NCBI GenBank assembly: GCA_028702495.1
Contig: JAQVOS010000001.1
Coordinates: forward strand, 10,383 to 74,382
Reading direction: 5' to 3'
From: Bacilli bacterium
GTDB taxonomy: Bacteria > Bacillota_I > Bacilli_A > ML615J-28 > CAG-698
Length of the DNA: 64,000 nucleotides
Below are positions 29,331 to 38,336 of this stretch, one piece after another. The notes beneath the pieces are model-generated. The model did no database searches. It worked only from the letters and a program-made list of their open reading frames with translations, and had not been told where the DNA came from. Position 1 is the stretch's first letter. Each line of letters begins with the position of its first letter. Position numbers and translations under genes: made by a program.

Positions 29331-31098
29331 CTAAATACTTACTGGCTTGAGAAATAAACATTTCTTTATATTTTCCATTTAAAGCAAGAAGTTCATCGTG
29401 TCTTCCATGTTCGATGATTTCTCCTTCTTCAAAGAGATAGATATGATCCGCATTCACAGTGGTTGTGAGACGATGGGAAATAAAGACAATCGTACGATCG
29501 CGTCCTAATGCAAGCATGTTTTGATAGACTTGAGCTTCGGCTAAAGGATCAAGAGCACTGCTCGGTTCATCGAGAATAAAGAGGTTATAATTTTGGGCAT
29601 ATCCTCTGGCAATGGCAAGACGTTGCATTTGTCCTCCCGAGAATATTGCACCTGTTTTATTGAATTCACGCGTCACTTGCGTATTTATTCCTTCAGGCAA
29701 TTGATTCACATACGTATCAAGGCCACTAAAGGCCAAGGCTCGACGAACCAAATCGATATCTTCATCGGTTTCTGGTTTTCGGAAGATGACATTTTCAGCG
29801 ATCGATACGGCATAAACTTCCACGTTTTGAAACACCGCTCCGACTTGTTTTCGTAAGGAGGTGGCATTGGTTTCTTTGTAATCTTGACCATTGATGAGAA
29901 TTGTTCCCTCTTCAACATCGTAAAGGCGTAAAAGAAGTTTCACTAAGGTCGTTTTACCCGCTCCATTGGAGCCAACGATGGCAATCTTTTCACCCTTTTT
30001 AATTTCCATATGAATGTTTTTTAAGACAGGGTGTCGCCCATCGTAGGAGAATGTTGCTCCTTTTACTTCCAAGTGTTGAAAGGGGGTAGCAAGCGGGGTA
30101 AAGGGAAGACCTTCAATTTTTGATTCCATTTGTAAGACTTCATAAGGAATCTTACATTCAACCGCACTATTTTGTAAGTCACCAATCGAGGAAACAAACG
30201 AAGATACCAAGGTGGATAGTGTGGTTGCAGCAACCGTCAGGGAAGCAAAAGCAGCATTGCTGAAGTTTTCAATGGTGACAAAAGCAAGAACCCCTAAGGT
30301 GATGGGATAAATGGAGGTTATTAGTAAGTCCCCAATATAGTGAAGAATGGTCTTCTTTTTAGTGATATCATCAATGACTGCAATGATTTCATCACTTGCT
30401 TTTAAATTGTTTTCAAGAAGAATTCCTTCAATTTGTGTGGTCTTTAAATCTGCCATTGCATCTTTAATAAAGAAGGTCCGATTAATGTATCCTCGTTCGC
30501 GATAGAATGGACGTTGACGATTGAGGGTTTCATGATTCATCTTCCCAATTTTGATGCGAAGAATCATGTAAATAGCACCAATTAAAACTGCATAAACGAC
30601 GGCTAAATAATGCATTGTAAAAATGACAATAAAGACACTGACACTTTGTACAATAATACGAGCAACATTATTAATGCCCATGGCGCTTTGATAGATGTAT
30701 TGTGTTCCATCTTCTAATGCTCGAGTATAGTCATTTAAAAACTTGGGATTCTCATGAAAATCATAATCAATAGAATCGAGTTTTTGAAAAAACATAATGG
30801 ATAAATCTGCTTTAAAATTACGCTCAACATAACTGTTGTAGTAAGCAATGATGATATCTAAAAAGTTACAAGCAACATAAATAAGTCCCATCACTACAAT
30901 CACAATGATTGCTTCTTTGAAACGATTCTCATCGGATCCCTGAGATTCAAAAATAACCACTAATCGGTCAATGATTCGGATCGGAATAAGGGTGGTAATT
31001 GTTGCAACCGCAATACTTAAAAGTTGAATGAGAATATCATAAGGATATTTACTAATTAATAAATGATACGATTTTAGGGCATTTTTCACTTTTGGCAA
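29308..31098 (-). CDS. ABC exporter, fused permease/ATPase (heterodimer partner A)
   Basis: TM domain, Walker A GSNGAGKTT, signature FSGGQMQR, Walker B LFILDEPSS; overlaps partner gene. Confidence 0.85.
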   Translation of the reverse strand: MPKVKNALKSYHLLISKYPYDILIQLLSIAVATITTLIPIRIIDRLVVIFESQGSDENRFKEAIIVIVVMGLIYVACNFLDIIIAYYNSYVERNFKADLSIMFFQKLDSIDYDFHENPKFLNDYTRALEDGTQYIYQSAMGINNVARIIVQSVSVFIVIFTMHYLAVVYAVLIGAIYMILRIKIGKMNHETLNRQRPFYRERGYINRTFFIKDAMADLKTTQIEGILLENNLKASDEIIAVIDDITKKKTILHYIGDLLITSIYPITLGVLAFVTIENFSNAAFASLTVAATTLSTLVSSFVSSIGDLQNSAVECKIPYEVLQMESKIEGLPFTPLATPFQHLEVKGATFSYDGRHPVLKNIHMEIKKGEKIAIVGSNGAGKTTLVKLLLRLYDVEEGTILINGQDYKETNATSLRKQVGAVFQNVEVYAVSIAENVIFRKPETDEDIDLVRRALAFSGLDTYVNQLPEGINTQVTREFNKTGAIFSGGQMQRLAIARGYAQNYNLFILDEPSSALDPLAEAQVYQNMLALGRDRTIVFISHRLTTTVNADHIYLFEEGEIIEHGRHDELLALNGKYKEMFISQASKYLGENHEDR

Positions 31099-31177
31099 CT
31101 CCTAAATAAATGATAACCAATTATAGCATATAAAACCATTGTTTGCAAACTGTAATTCATGAAAAAAAGGTGATTTC

Positions 31178-31885
31178 TCACCCAATCAAACGAATTAAAT
31201 AGTAGAGGATAACGATGAATAAACTTGGAATCATATTCGCAATTTTCAGTTTTTCTCCTCTTAAAAAATTGAGTCCAATACAAGCCACAATGGTATAACC
31301 AACCGCATTAAAAGAATCCATAAATGCTTGACTCATAAAATCCCCTAAAGCCCAGGATAGTAAGGTAATGCTTCCTTGATAGAGAAGGACGAGAATGCTT
31401 GAAAATAAAACCCCGATTCCTAAAGTAGAAGCAAGTATCATCGCTGTAATCCCGTCAATGGCCGCTTTGAGATATAATACATTTTGATCTCCACTAGCAG
31501 CATTAATAGAACCAATAATTGCCATAGCTCCGACACAGAAAATTAATGAAGCAGTAATAAACCCTTCAGAGAACGCTCCTTTATTCATTTTCTTTTCAAT
31601 GACTTTCCCAAACCGAAAAAGGCGATCATCAATTTTTAACATTTCGCCAATAAAAACTCCCACTACTAAACTTACAAGTAATAGTAGTTCATCATGAGAA
31701 GTAAGACGTCCTCCTTCCATTGTGACCATGGATTTTAACACCCCGATAATTCCGAAGATTAAAACGACAATTCCGACGACTTTTAAGATGGATTCTAATA
31801 TGTCTTTTTTAATCCATTTTCGAAAAACAATTCCAAGTAATCCACCGACAATGATGGATCCAAAATTTGCTAAATTACCTAGCAT
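31178..31885 (-). CDS. DUF554-family membrane protein
   Basis: Glycine-rich polytopic membrane protein MLGNLANFGSIIVGGLLG…; start chosen at internal ATG to avoid 40-nt overlap. Confidence 0.5.
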   Translation of the reverse strand: MLGNLANFGSIIVGGLLGIVFRKWIKKDILESILKVVGIVVLIFGIIGVLKSMVTMEGGRLTSHDELLLLVSLVVGVFIGEMLKIDDRLFRFGKVIEKKMNKGAFSEGFITASLIFCVGAMAIIGSINAASGDQNVLYLKAAIDGITAMILASTLGIGVLFSSILVLLYQGSITLLSWALGDFMSQAFMDSFNAVGYTIVACIGLNFLRGEKLKIANMIPSLFIVILYYLIRLIG

Positions 31886-33015
31886 ATTAACTCCTTTTCG
31901 TAACGGGTTTCGCGACACTGGGCAAATTTTTGATATCGAATAATTGCCCTTTGAATGTCGTTGATATAGGCACGATACTCATCCTTTTCAAACCAAATGT
32001 TCTTAACGATTAAAACACCTTCTCCTTTAGGAGTCGAGAGTTCAATCCGCCCGATAAAGGTTGTTCCTCGTAAGATGGGTAAAGTATAATATCCAAATTG
32101 GCGCTTTGCTTCAGGTGTATAAATTTCCCAAGTGTAAGAAAAATCAAATAAAGCTTTAATCCATTTACGATCCCAAATAAAACTGTCCAAGGGAGCAATA
32201 AATTCTACTCTTACCTCAGCCTCATCACCCAGTTCATTCCAATAATGGGCATCTTCTTTCACATAGAGACAACGTTCTTTTATGCATTCTACTTCACAAG
32301 TACAGATTCGACCTTCTTCTAGTAATTCCCCGATGAGGTCTTTTCTATCTTTTGTAAGGAAAGATAATCCTAAATAGGCATCTGATGGCCGATCCCATAG
32401 AAGGCCTATCGCTTTAATTCGGCGATAGATAAGATGCTTATAAATCGTATGAAGATCATATTCTTTAAGTTCGAGAAACCCCAATTCACTAGCCAGTGAA
32501 AAATAGCGAATATTTCGATTTCGATGATGGATTAAAATTTGACCTCGCTGATAGAGCGAATCTAGGGAGGCTCTTACCTCTTTCGTTTTTCCCCAAAAAT
32601 GCATAATATAGTTTTTGTTATCAAAGTCTTGCGAAGAAATAGGACCTTGGGTACGAACGATATCAAGGGTTTCTTCATCCATGTGGGATACTTTGAAATA
32701 AGTATCGACCGTTTTCTCAAATACTTGGCGAATCGGGAAGAAATAGGGCCACTCACTGGTCTCATAGATGCAGAGGTTTTTATCATATTGTTCTAGTAAG
32801 GTTCGCTTTTCATATAGTTCATCCAATAGCATGGACTTTTGATATCCCAAAATTCGACTATTAAGTAAAATATCGGGATTTCTTCCACAAACATCGACTG
32901 GATCAAACTGAATCGAAGTGAGGGCGTGAACTACCTCTACAACATTCTTAAAATAATCACCTATGAGGTGATGCTTTTTAAGCATGAACAATTTAGCCCT
33001 TTCTTTTGATATCAT
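31879..33015 (-). CDS. YcaQ/AlkZ-family winged-helix DNA glycosylase-like protein (interstrand crosslink repair family)
   Basis: 378 aa; Q36-F-D38 matches the YcaQ-type QxD catalytic motif near the N-terminus; overall similarity in spacing to E. coli YcaQ. Confidence 0.5.
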   Translation of the reverse strand: MISKERAKLFMLKKHHLIGDYFKNVVEVVHALTSIQFDPVDVCGRNPDILLNSRILGYQKSMLLDELYEKRTLLEQYDKNLCIYETSEWPYFFPIRQVFEKTVDTYFKVSHMDEETLDIVRTQGPISSQDFDNKNYIMHFWGKTKEVRASLDSLYQRGQILIHHRNRNIRYFSLASELGFLELKEYDLHTIYKHLIYRRIKAIGLLWDRPSDAYLGLSFLTKDRKDLIGELLEEGRICTCEVECIKERCLYVKEDAHYWNELGDEAEVRVEFIAPLDSFIWDRKWIKALFDFSYTWEIYTPEAKRQFGYYTLPILRGTTFIGRIELSTPKGEGVLIVKNIWFEKDEYRAYINDIQRAIIRYQKFAQCRETRYEKELIC

Positions 33016-33154
33016 ACTTCTTCTCCGTTTTGATTATTATAAACGAATTTATTGATTTATACAATGATTATATCAAAAAAGGTCCCCAAGTGAAGGAATA
33101 CCTCTTTACTAGAGAGCCCAAACCGCAAAGGACCTTTTTTTATAACCACTACAT

Positions 33155-33367
33155 TTATTCTTTAACTTCAACAATTTTCTTTACTTTCTTTTTGAGTTCG
33201 ATTCGAGGAACGATGATAACTCTTCCACATCCACAACATTCTAATTTATAATCAACTCCTGTTTTTAAGACTTTCCAATTTTTAGAACCACAAGGATGGA
33301 CTTTCTTAAATTCGAGGATTTCATCTAATTGATATAGATTAGCGTTCATCATGAGGGGGCACTTCAT
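33155..33367 (-). CDS. DUF951-family small protein (Bacillus YyzM-like) with Cys-rich zinc-ribbon-like motif
   Basis: 70 aa; HPCGSKNW…CCGCGR pattern; location next to mscS/parA/rsmG as in Bacillus ori region. Confidence 0.5.
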   Translation of the reverse strand: MKCPLMMNANLYQLDEILEFKKVHPCGSKNWKVLKTGVDYKLECCGCGRVIIVPRIELKKKVKKIVEVKE

Positions 33368-34139
33368 CTTGGGAAAGATGATATCCTTTTTCGAGAATAA
33401 CTTCTAGAACCACTCTTTTGATGGCTCGTTCTACTTCAGATTGCTGTTCACTCAACGTTTTGGCGGTGATGGTAATGACAATGCCTGTTTGTGTCAAATC
33501 GGTCATACCAATTACATTGGGGCCTTCTACGATTTGCGGGAAAGAATCTACCAATAAAGGAAGTCGTTCCTGAAGAATCGCAATCATCTCATCAATTGGA
33601 GTATTGTGATTAACCGTAATCGAACAACTGGCCAGAGAATAGTGACGTGAGTAATTGATTACTTCTGAGACTTCTCCGTGGGCAAAAATCTTAAGTTCCC
33701 CTTGTTGATTTAAAAGATGAGTTGAACGCGTTCTAATGGCGATGACTTTGCCTTTAAATCCCTTTATTTCAACAATGTCATCCACTTCATAATAGTTTCC
33801 GAAAATGATGACAATGCCTGATAGAATATCATGGATGAGTTTATGTGCTGATATTCCGATGATGATGGCAATAATTCCGAGTCCCCACAAGAGGGCAGTG
33901 ATGTTAAAACCCCAAACACCCAAAATAGCAAGAATGATCACTAATATGATGAAATAGGTAAGGATTTTTTTGAGTAAGAGAGCGACTGATGAAGCCCTTT
34001 TATTGGCTGCTTTAAGTCGGGCTTGGTGCGTGACAATATGAAGAAAAATCAATAAAATGGCGGCAACCAAACCAATAATGATGGTAATAATAATCGATCT
34101 TTGATATTCATTGAAAAAATTTTTAATCCATTCAATCAT
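33339..34139 (-). CDS. Small-conductance mechanosensitive channel (MscS family)
   Basis: 266 aa, three N-terminal TM helices then MscS beta-domain-like region. Confidence 0.7.
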   Translation of the reverse strand: MIEWIKNFFNEYQRSIIITIIIGLVAAILLIFLHIVTHQARLKAANKRASSVALLLKKILTYFIILVIILAILGVWGFNITALLWGLGIIAIIIGISAHKLIHDILSGIVIIFGNYYEVDDIVEIKGFKGKVIAIRTRSTHLLNQQGELKIFAHGEVSEVINYSRHYSLASCSITVNHNTPIDEMIAILQERLPLLVDSFPQIVEGPNVIGMTDLTQTGIVITITAKTLSEQQSEVERAIKRVVLEVILEKGYHLSQDEVPPHDER

Positions 34140-34169
34140 TTTAATACCTCCTCAAATAAACTAGTATTT

Positions 34170-34946
34170 TCAAGCACGATGGTTGGCAATAATTTCTAAT
34201 GCGAGTTCGCGATACTCTTTGCTACCTCGTGAGTTGTAGGCAAACTTTAAAACACTTTTTCCATACATCGGAGCTTCCTGTAAATGGCTTGAGCGATTGA
34301 TGATGGTTTTGAATGTTTTTTCGGGAAACAACTCATGTACTTTATCAGCAATTTTATATCCAAAAACATTGCGATTATCTAATTTTGTAAGAAGGATTCC
34401 TTCAACAGTGAGGGTTCCTTTTATCTTTTTCTTTTCACTTTGGATTTGATTGATTTTTTGAACCATTTGTGTCAGGGCATCATAAGCAAAAAAATCACAT
34501 TCAACGGGGATGATGACGGAGTCACTTGCGAACAAAGCATTATCAACAATCACCCCAAGAGATGGGGGACAATCGAGAAGGATGTAGTCATAATCATCTT
34601 CAACTTGAGTGAGTTTCCGAGCAAGAATAAGAGACTTATTTGTCTCATTCGCGAGACTCCCTTCCATACGAGATAAATGGATTGAAGCTGGAATAATATG
34701 AAAGTTGCGATCGATGGTTTCATAAATGGTTTCGCGAATGTCTATTTCGGTCGCGAGCAATTCATAAGAGGTAGCTTCTACCAATTCTCTTGAAAGCCCT
34801 AATCCAATCGTTGCATTAGCTTGTTCATCGAGATCAATTAAAAGGACGGTTTTATTCTCGTTGGCAAGAGCTGCCCCTAAATTGATGGCGGTCGTTGTTT
34901 TGCCAACCCCACCCTTTTGATTGGCAATGGCAATGATTTTCCCCAT
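34170..34946 (-). CDS. parA: ParA/Soj-family chromosome partitioning ATPase
   Basis: Deviant Walker A KGGVGKTT; 258 aa. Confidence 0.85.
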   Translation of the reverse strand: MGKIIAIANQKGGVGKTTTAINLGAALANENKTVLLIDLDEQANATIGLGLSRELVEATSYELLATEIDIRETIYETIDRNFHIIPASIHLSRMEGSLANETNKSLILARKLTQVEDDYDYILLDCPPSLGVIVDNALFASDSVIIPVECDFFAYDALTQMVQKINQIQSEKKKIKGTLTVEGILLTKLDNRNVFGYKIADKVHELFPEKTFKTIINRSSHLQEAPMYGKSVLKFAYNSRGSKEYRELALEIIANHRA

Positions 34947-34963
34947 AAAAACTCCCTCTCTTC

Positions 34964-35605
34964 TTATAAAGGTTTCTTTTTCATCGTCGCAAAAGGACGC
35001 GGATATTCTTTGGCTGTTGCTTCATTTTTACGAATGGTGATGAGGGTTCTTTTACCCATACCACTGCTTAATTCATAAGGAGTGATACGAACAACACTCG
35101 CATGAAGACAATTTAGAGCATGAGTTATGCCTTTTAACTCTTCTTCAAAATCGGGCCCTTTCATCGCAACGAGGACTCCATTTACTTTTAGTAACGGAAT
35201 GCATAATTCAAGGAGCATGGATAAGGATCCCACAGCTCGTGAAGTTGCAACATCGAATGTTTCTCGTAATGAAGAGCAATTCTCTGCTCGGTCATTTACT
35301 ATTATAACATCTTTTAAATCGCATTTCAAAACCAATTGGTTTAAAAAAACACATTTTTTTCCTGTAGGCTCAATTAAGGTCACTTTTAGATGAGGATAGA
35401 CAATCTTGAGTGGGACGCCTGGAAAGCCTGCTCCCGTTCCTACATCTACTAAAGTTGTAACTTTTGATAAATTGATGGCTTTTCCAAGAGCTAGAGAATC
35501 TTCAAAATGTTTGATGGTAACTTCATTGTAATCTGTAATGGAGGTTAGATTATACTTCTCATTTTCACTGACTAAAAAATCATAATATGTTTTAAAGCAA
35601 TCCAT
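34964..35605 (-). CDS. rsmG: 16S rRNA (guanine527-N7)-methyltransferase
   Basis: SAM motif DVGTGAGFPG; 213 aa; downstream of mnmG. Confidence 0.85.
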   Translation of the reverse strand: MDCFKTYYDFLVSENEKYNLTSITDYNEVTIKHFEDSLALGKAINLSKVTTLVDVGTGAGFPGVPLKIVYPHLKVTLIEPTGKKCVFLNQLVLKCDLKDVIIVNDRAENCSSLRETFDVATSRAVGSLSMLLELCIPLLKVNGVLVAMKGPDFEEELKGITHALNCLHASVVRITPYELSSGMGKRTLITIRKNEATAKEYPRPFATMKKKPL

Positions 35606-37466
35606 TTCTTTTCACACTTTCTAAATAGACGAGAAGAATGGAAATATCACTGGGATTAACACCACTAATGCGTGATGCTTGACCAATGGTTTCAGGATGA
35701 ACTTTTTTCAGTTTATCTTTTGCTTCTTTCGCAATGTTGAGAATGGCATCATAGTTGATATTATCAGGAATTTTCTTTGATTCCATAATGGCCATACTTT
35801 TAGCAGCTTTTAATTCTTTTTGAATGTATCCTTCATATTTTATGGCTATTAGAATTTCTTCTTCTAGATGATGATCGATATCAAAAAAGATACCACTTAA
35901 GATTCGAACATCATTTAAATCAATATCAGGACGACGAAGTAGTTCGTAAGCACTCATCTTATCGTGAATGATGGCTTTCTCATGTTCTTCAAGATAAGCA
36001 ATGGTGTCTTCTTTAGGCGTCAGTTTTAAATCTTTTAGTAAAGCAATGGTGTCTTCTTTTAAAGCCTTCTTTGCTTGATAGCGTTGATATCGTTCCTCTG
36101 AGATGAGTCCCATTTCATATCCTTTTGAAAGCAAGCGTTCTTCCGCGTTGTCATGACGCAAGAGAAGACGAAATTCCGCCCGAGAAGTGAGCATCCGATA
36201 AGGATCTCTCACGCCCTTGGTAATGAGATCATCAATTAGAACGCCAATGTATGCTTCATCCCGCTTTAGAATGAGTGGAGATAGATTCGATAATTTACGA
36301 CTCGCATTGATTCCAGCAATGAGCCCTTGGCAAGCAGCTTCTTCATATCCGCTGGTTCCATTTACTTGTCCAGCAAAGAACAGATTGTCAATTTTCTTTG
36401 TTTCAAGTGTATTTTTGAGTTCAAGAGGATTGATGGCGTCATACTCAATGGCATAAGCATATTTACGAATTATGGCGTCTTCTAGACCTGGAATCGTCCG
36501 CACAATGATGTCTTGCACTTCATGAGGAAGACTTGTTGAAAAACCTTGAACATATACTTCATCAAGCTCTAAACTTTCTGGTTCGATAAATATTTGGTGT
36601 CGTTCTTTATCAGCAAAACGAACAATTTTATCTTCAATGGAAGGGCAATATCGTGGTCCTACTCCAGTGACAAGCCCTGAATACATACTCGATTTATGAA
36701 TATTTTCGCGAATAATGCGATGGGTTTCTGGACTTGTGTATGTTAAGTAACATGGAACATGGTTAGAAAAAGGAATGACATCTGTGGTTTCTTCAGAAAA
36801 ACGCCAAGGAGTCTTATCTCCTTCTTGAATCGTCATGGCTTCATAATGAAGAGAATCTTTCGCTAGTCGTGGGGGGGTCCCCGTTTTTAAGCGAATGAGC
36901 TCAAGTCCAAGACTACGGAGAGAAGCACTCAGTTTTGTCGTTGTTCTTTCATTATCGGGTCCTGATGGATGAGCGTGTGATCCACATAATATTTGACTTG
37001 ATAAATAGGTGCCAGAGGCAATAATAATACTTTTTGTTTTGATGGTTACACCATTTTCAACTTTAATTCCAATCGCATGACCATCTTCAACAATAATCTC
37101 TTCAACAAGACCTTCACGAACTTCGAGATTAGGAGTCGATAAAACAATTTCACGCATGGTTCGCGAATAGGCTAACTTATCTGATTGACAGCGAAGGGCT
37201 CGAACAGCGGGGCCTTTTGATCCGTTGAGCATCTTAATTTGGAGAAGAGTTTGATCCGCTACTTTTGCCATTTCTCCCCCAAGAGCATCAATTTCTCGAA
37301 CGATGATGCCTTTGGCAGGTCCGCCAATCGAGGGGTTACAAGGCATGCTAGCAATATAGTTGATGGAACCTACCATCATGAGGGTATGATATTGTAATCG
37401 GCTACAGGCCAAGGCTGCTTCACATCCCGCATGTCCTCCACCAATAACGATGATATCGTATTCCAT
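35592..37466 (-). CDS. mnmG: tRNA uridine 5-carboxymethylaminomethyl modification enzyme MnmG (GidA)
   Basis: YDIIVIGGGHAGCEAA FAD motif; 624 aa. Confidence 0.9.
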   Translation of the reverse strand: MEYDIIVIGGGHAGCEAALACSRLQYHTLMMVGSINYIASMPCNPSIGGPAKGIIVREIDALGGEMAKVADQTLLQIKMLNGSKGPAVRALRCQSDKLAYSRTMREIVLSTPNLEVREGLVEEIIVEDGHAIGIKVENGVTIKTKSIIIASGTYLSSQILCGSHAHPSGPDNERTTTKLSASLRSLGLELIRLKTGTPPRLAKDSLHYEAMTIQEGDKTPWRFSEETTDVIPFSNHVPCYLTYTSPETHRIIRENIHKSSMYSGLVTGVGPRYCPSIEDKIVRFADKERHQIFIEPESLELDEVYVQGFSTSLPHEVQDIIVRTIPGLEDAIIRKYAYAIEYDAINPLELKNTLETKKIDNLFFAGQVNGTSGYEEAACQGLIAGINASRKLSNLSPLILKRDEAYIGVLIDDLITKGVRDPYRMLTSRAEFRLLLRHDNAEERLLSKGYEMGLISEERYQRYQAKKALKEDTIALLKDLKLTPKEDTIAYLEEHEKAIIHDKMSAYELLRRPDIDLNDVRILSGIFFDIDHHLEEEILIAIKYEGYIQKELKAAKSMAIMESKKIPDNINYDAILNIAKEAKDKLKKVHPETIGQASRISGVNPSDISILLVYLESVKRNGLL

Positions 37467-37570
37467 TTAATCACCTGTTTCTTCTCGTTTATTCTACCAC
37501 ATCTTGTCCTATTTGTCATGAGTTCATCGATTATTTTTTAAGGAGAGATTCTATCCCAACCCTTTTTTCA

Positions 37571-37601
37571 ATATCAAAAAAGATGTGATTTCTCACATCT
37601 T
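37571..37601 (-). terminator. Rho-independent terminator downstream of lipoprotein gene (AAGATGTGA/TCACATCTT stem)
   Basis: 9-bp stem, loop TTTC, A-run on plus strand 37571-37580 (= U-run on minus). Confidence 0.6.
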
Positions 37602-37610
37602 CCTGTTTAG

Positions 37611-38324
37611 TTATCTTGTAAAATATCCCATAGACCATATTTCATAAACCATTGAATCCGCTGTATAGAAACGATTGTTGAAGGCTTCGTTCAAGGTGAA
37701 ATTACCATGTTTTTCATTCGACTGATATCGAATACTAAAGACGGCTGCCTTGTGGTTGCTAGGAAATGGTTGACTATAAGTGATGGTGATTAGCCCTTCT
37801 ACAACATTGCTAACAAATGAACCCGTCAATCCTTCTGCTTTTACAACTTCTACATTGGTTACTTCATCGGGATTAAACTGATATTGAAGTTGAAAACTAG
37901 CAAAAGATCCATCTCCTGTGGTGCAATAAATAGCTTCGTATGTTCCTTCGTTTTCCTCAACCACATTATAGAGCACAAGATTAGGTAAATGATTATTAAC
38001 TGCTGTTGGCGCAGTTAAAGTGATTTCTGCAAGTAGTTTTCTCCCTTCACAAGTGATTTCGATATAATGTTCACCTGTTGTTAATAAGAGATCAAAATCA
38101 TAATCTGAGAGCATGTCTCTCGTTAGTGGAACTTCCTTGGTTGTGTTATCACTATATTCAATGGTTAATTTGATATCTTCTAACAAAAAACCATCGAATG
38201 AATATTCATATACTCCATTATTTTCGCTAAATATGAGACCAGTCATAGTGACTTCTGGAGGTTTTTTACAGGCAGTAAGCATAAGTAAGGCACTAAGCAG
38301 AATAAGAACTATTAGTTTTTTCAT
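37611..38324 (-). CDS. Hypothetical lipoprotein
   Basis: Signal peptide/lipobox LTAC; 13-nt gap to upstream large surface protein gene. Confidence 0.5.
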   Translation of the reverse strand: MKKLIVLILLSALLMLTACKKPPEVTMTGLIFSENNGVYEYSFDGFLLEDIKLTIEYSDNTTKEVPLTRDMLSDYDFDLLLTTGEHYIEITCEGRKLLAEITLTAPTAVNNHLPNLVLYNVVEENEGTYEAIYCTTGDGSFASFQLQYQFNPDEVTNVEVVKAEGLTGSFVSNVVEGLITITYSQPFPSNHKAAVFSIRYQSNEKHGNFTLNEAFNNRFYTADSMVYEIWSMGYFTR

Positions 38325-38336
38325 ACTGATTTCCTC

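Noticed and set aside
31086-31283. 65-aa ORF overlapping DUF554 3' end and ABC 5' region
   Set aside because: Antisense/overlapping frame without RBS; the intergenic region is better explained as a promoter region
37586-37600. TGTGA-N4-TCACA resembling a CRP/cAMP receptor protein site
   Set aside because: Spacing is 4 not 6; the repeat is the stem of a rho-independent terminator (A-run/T-run flanks) for the minus-strand lipoprotein gene
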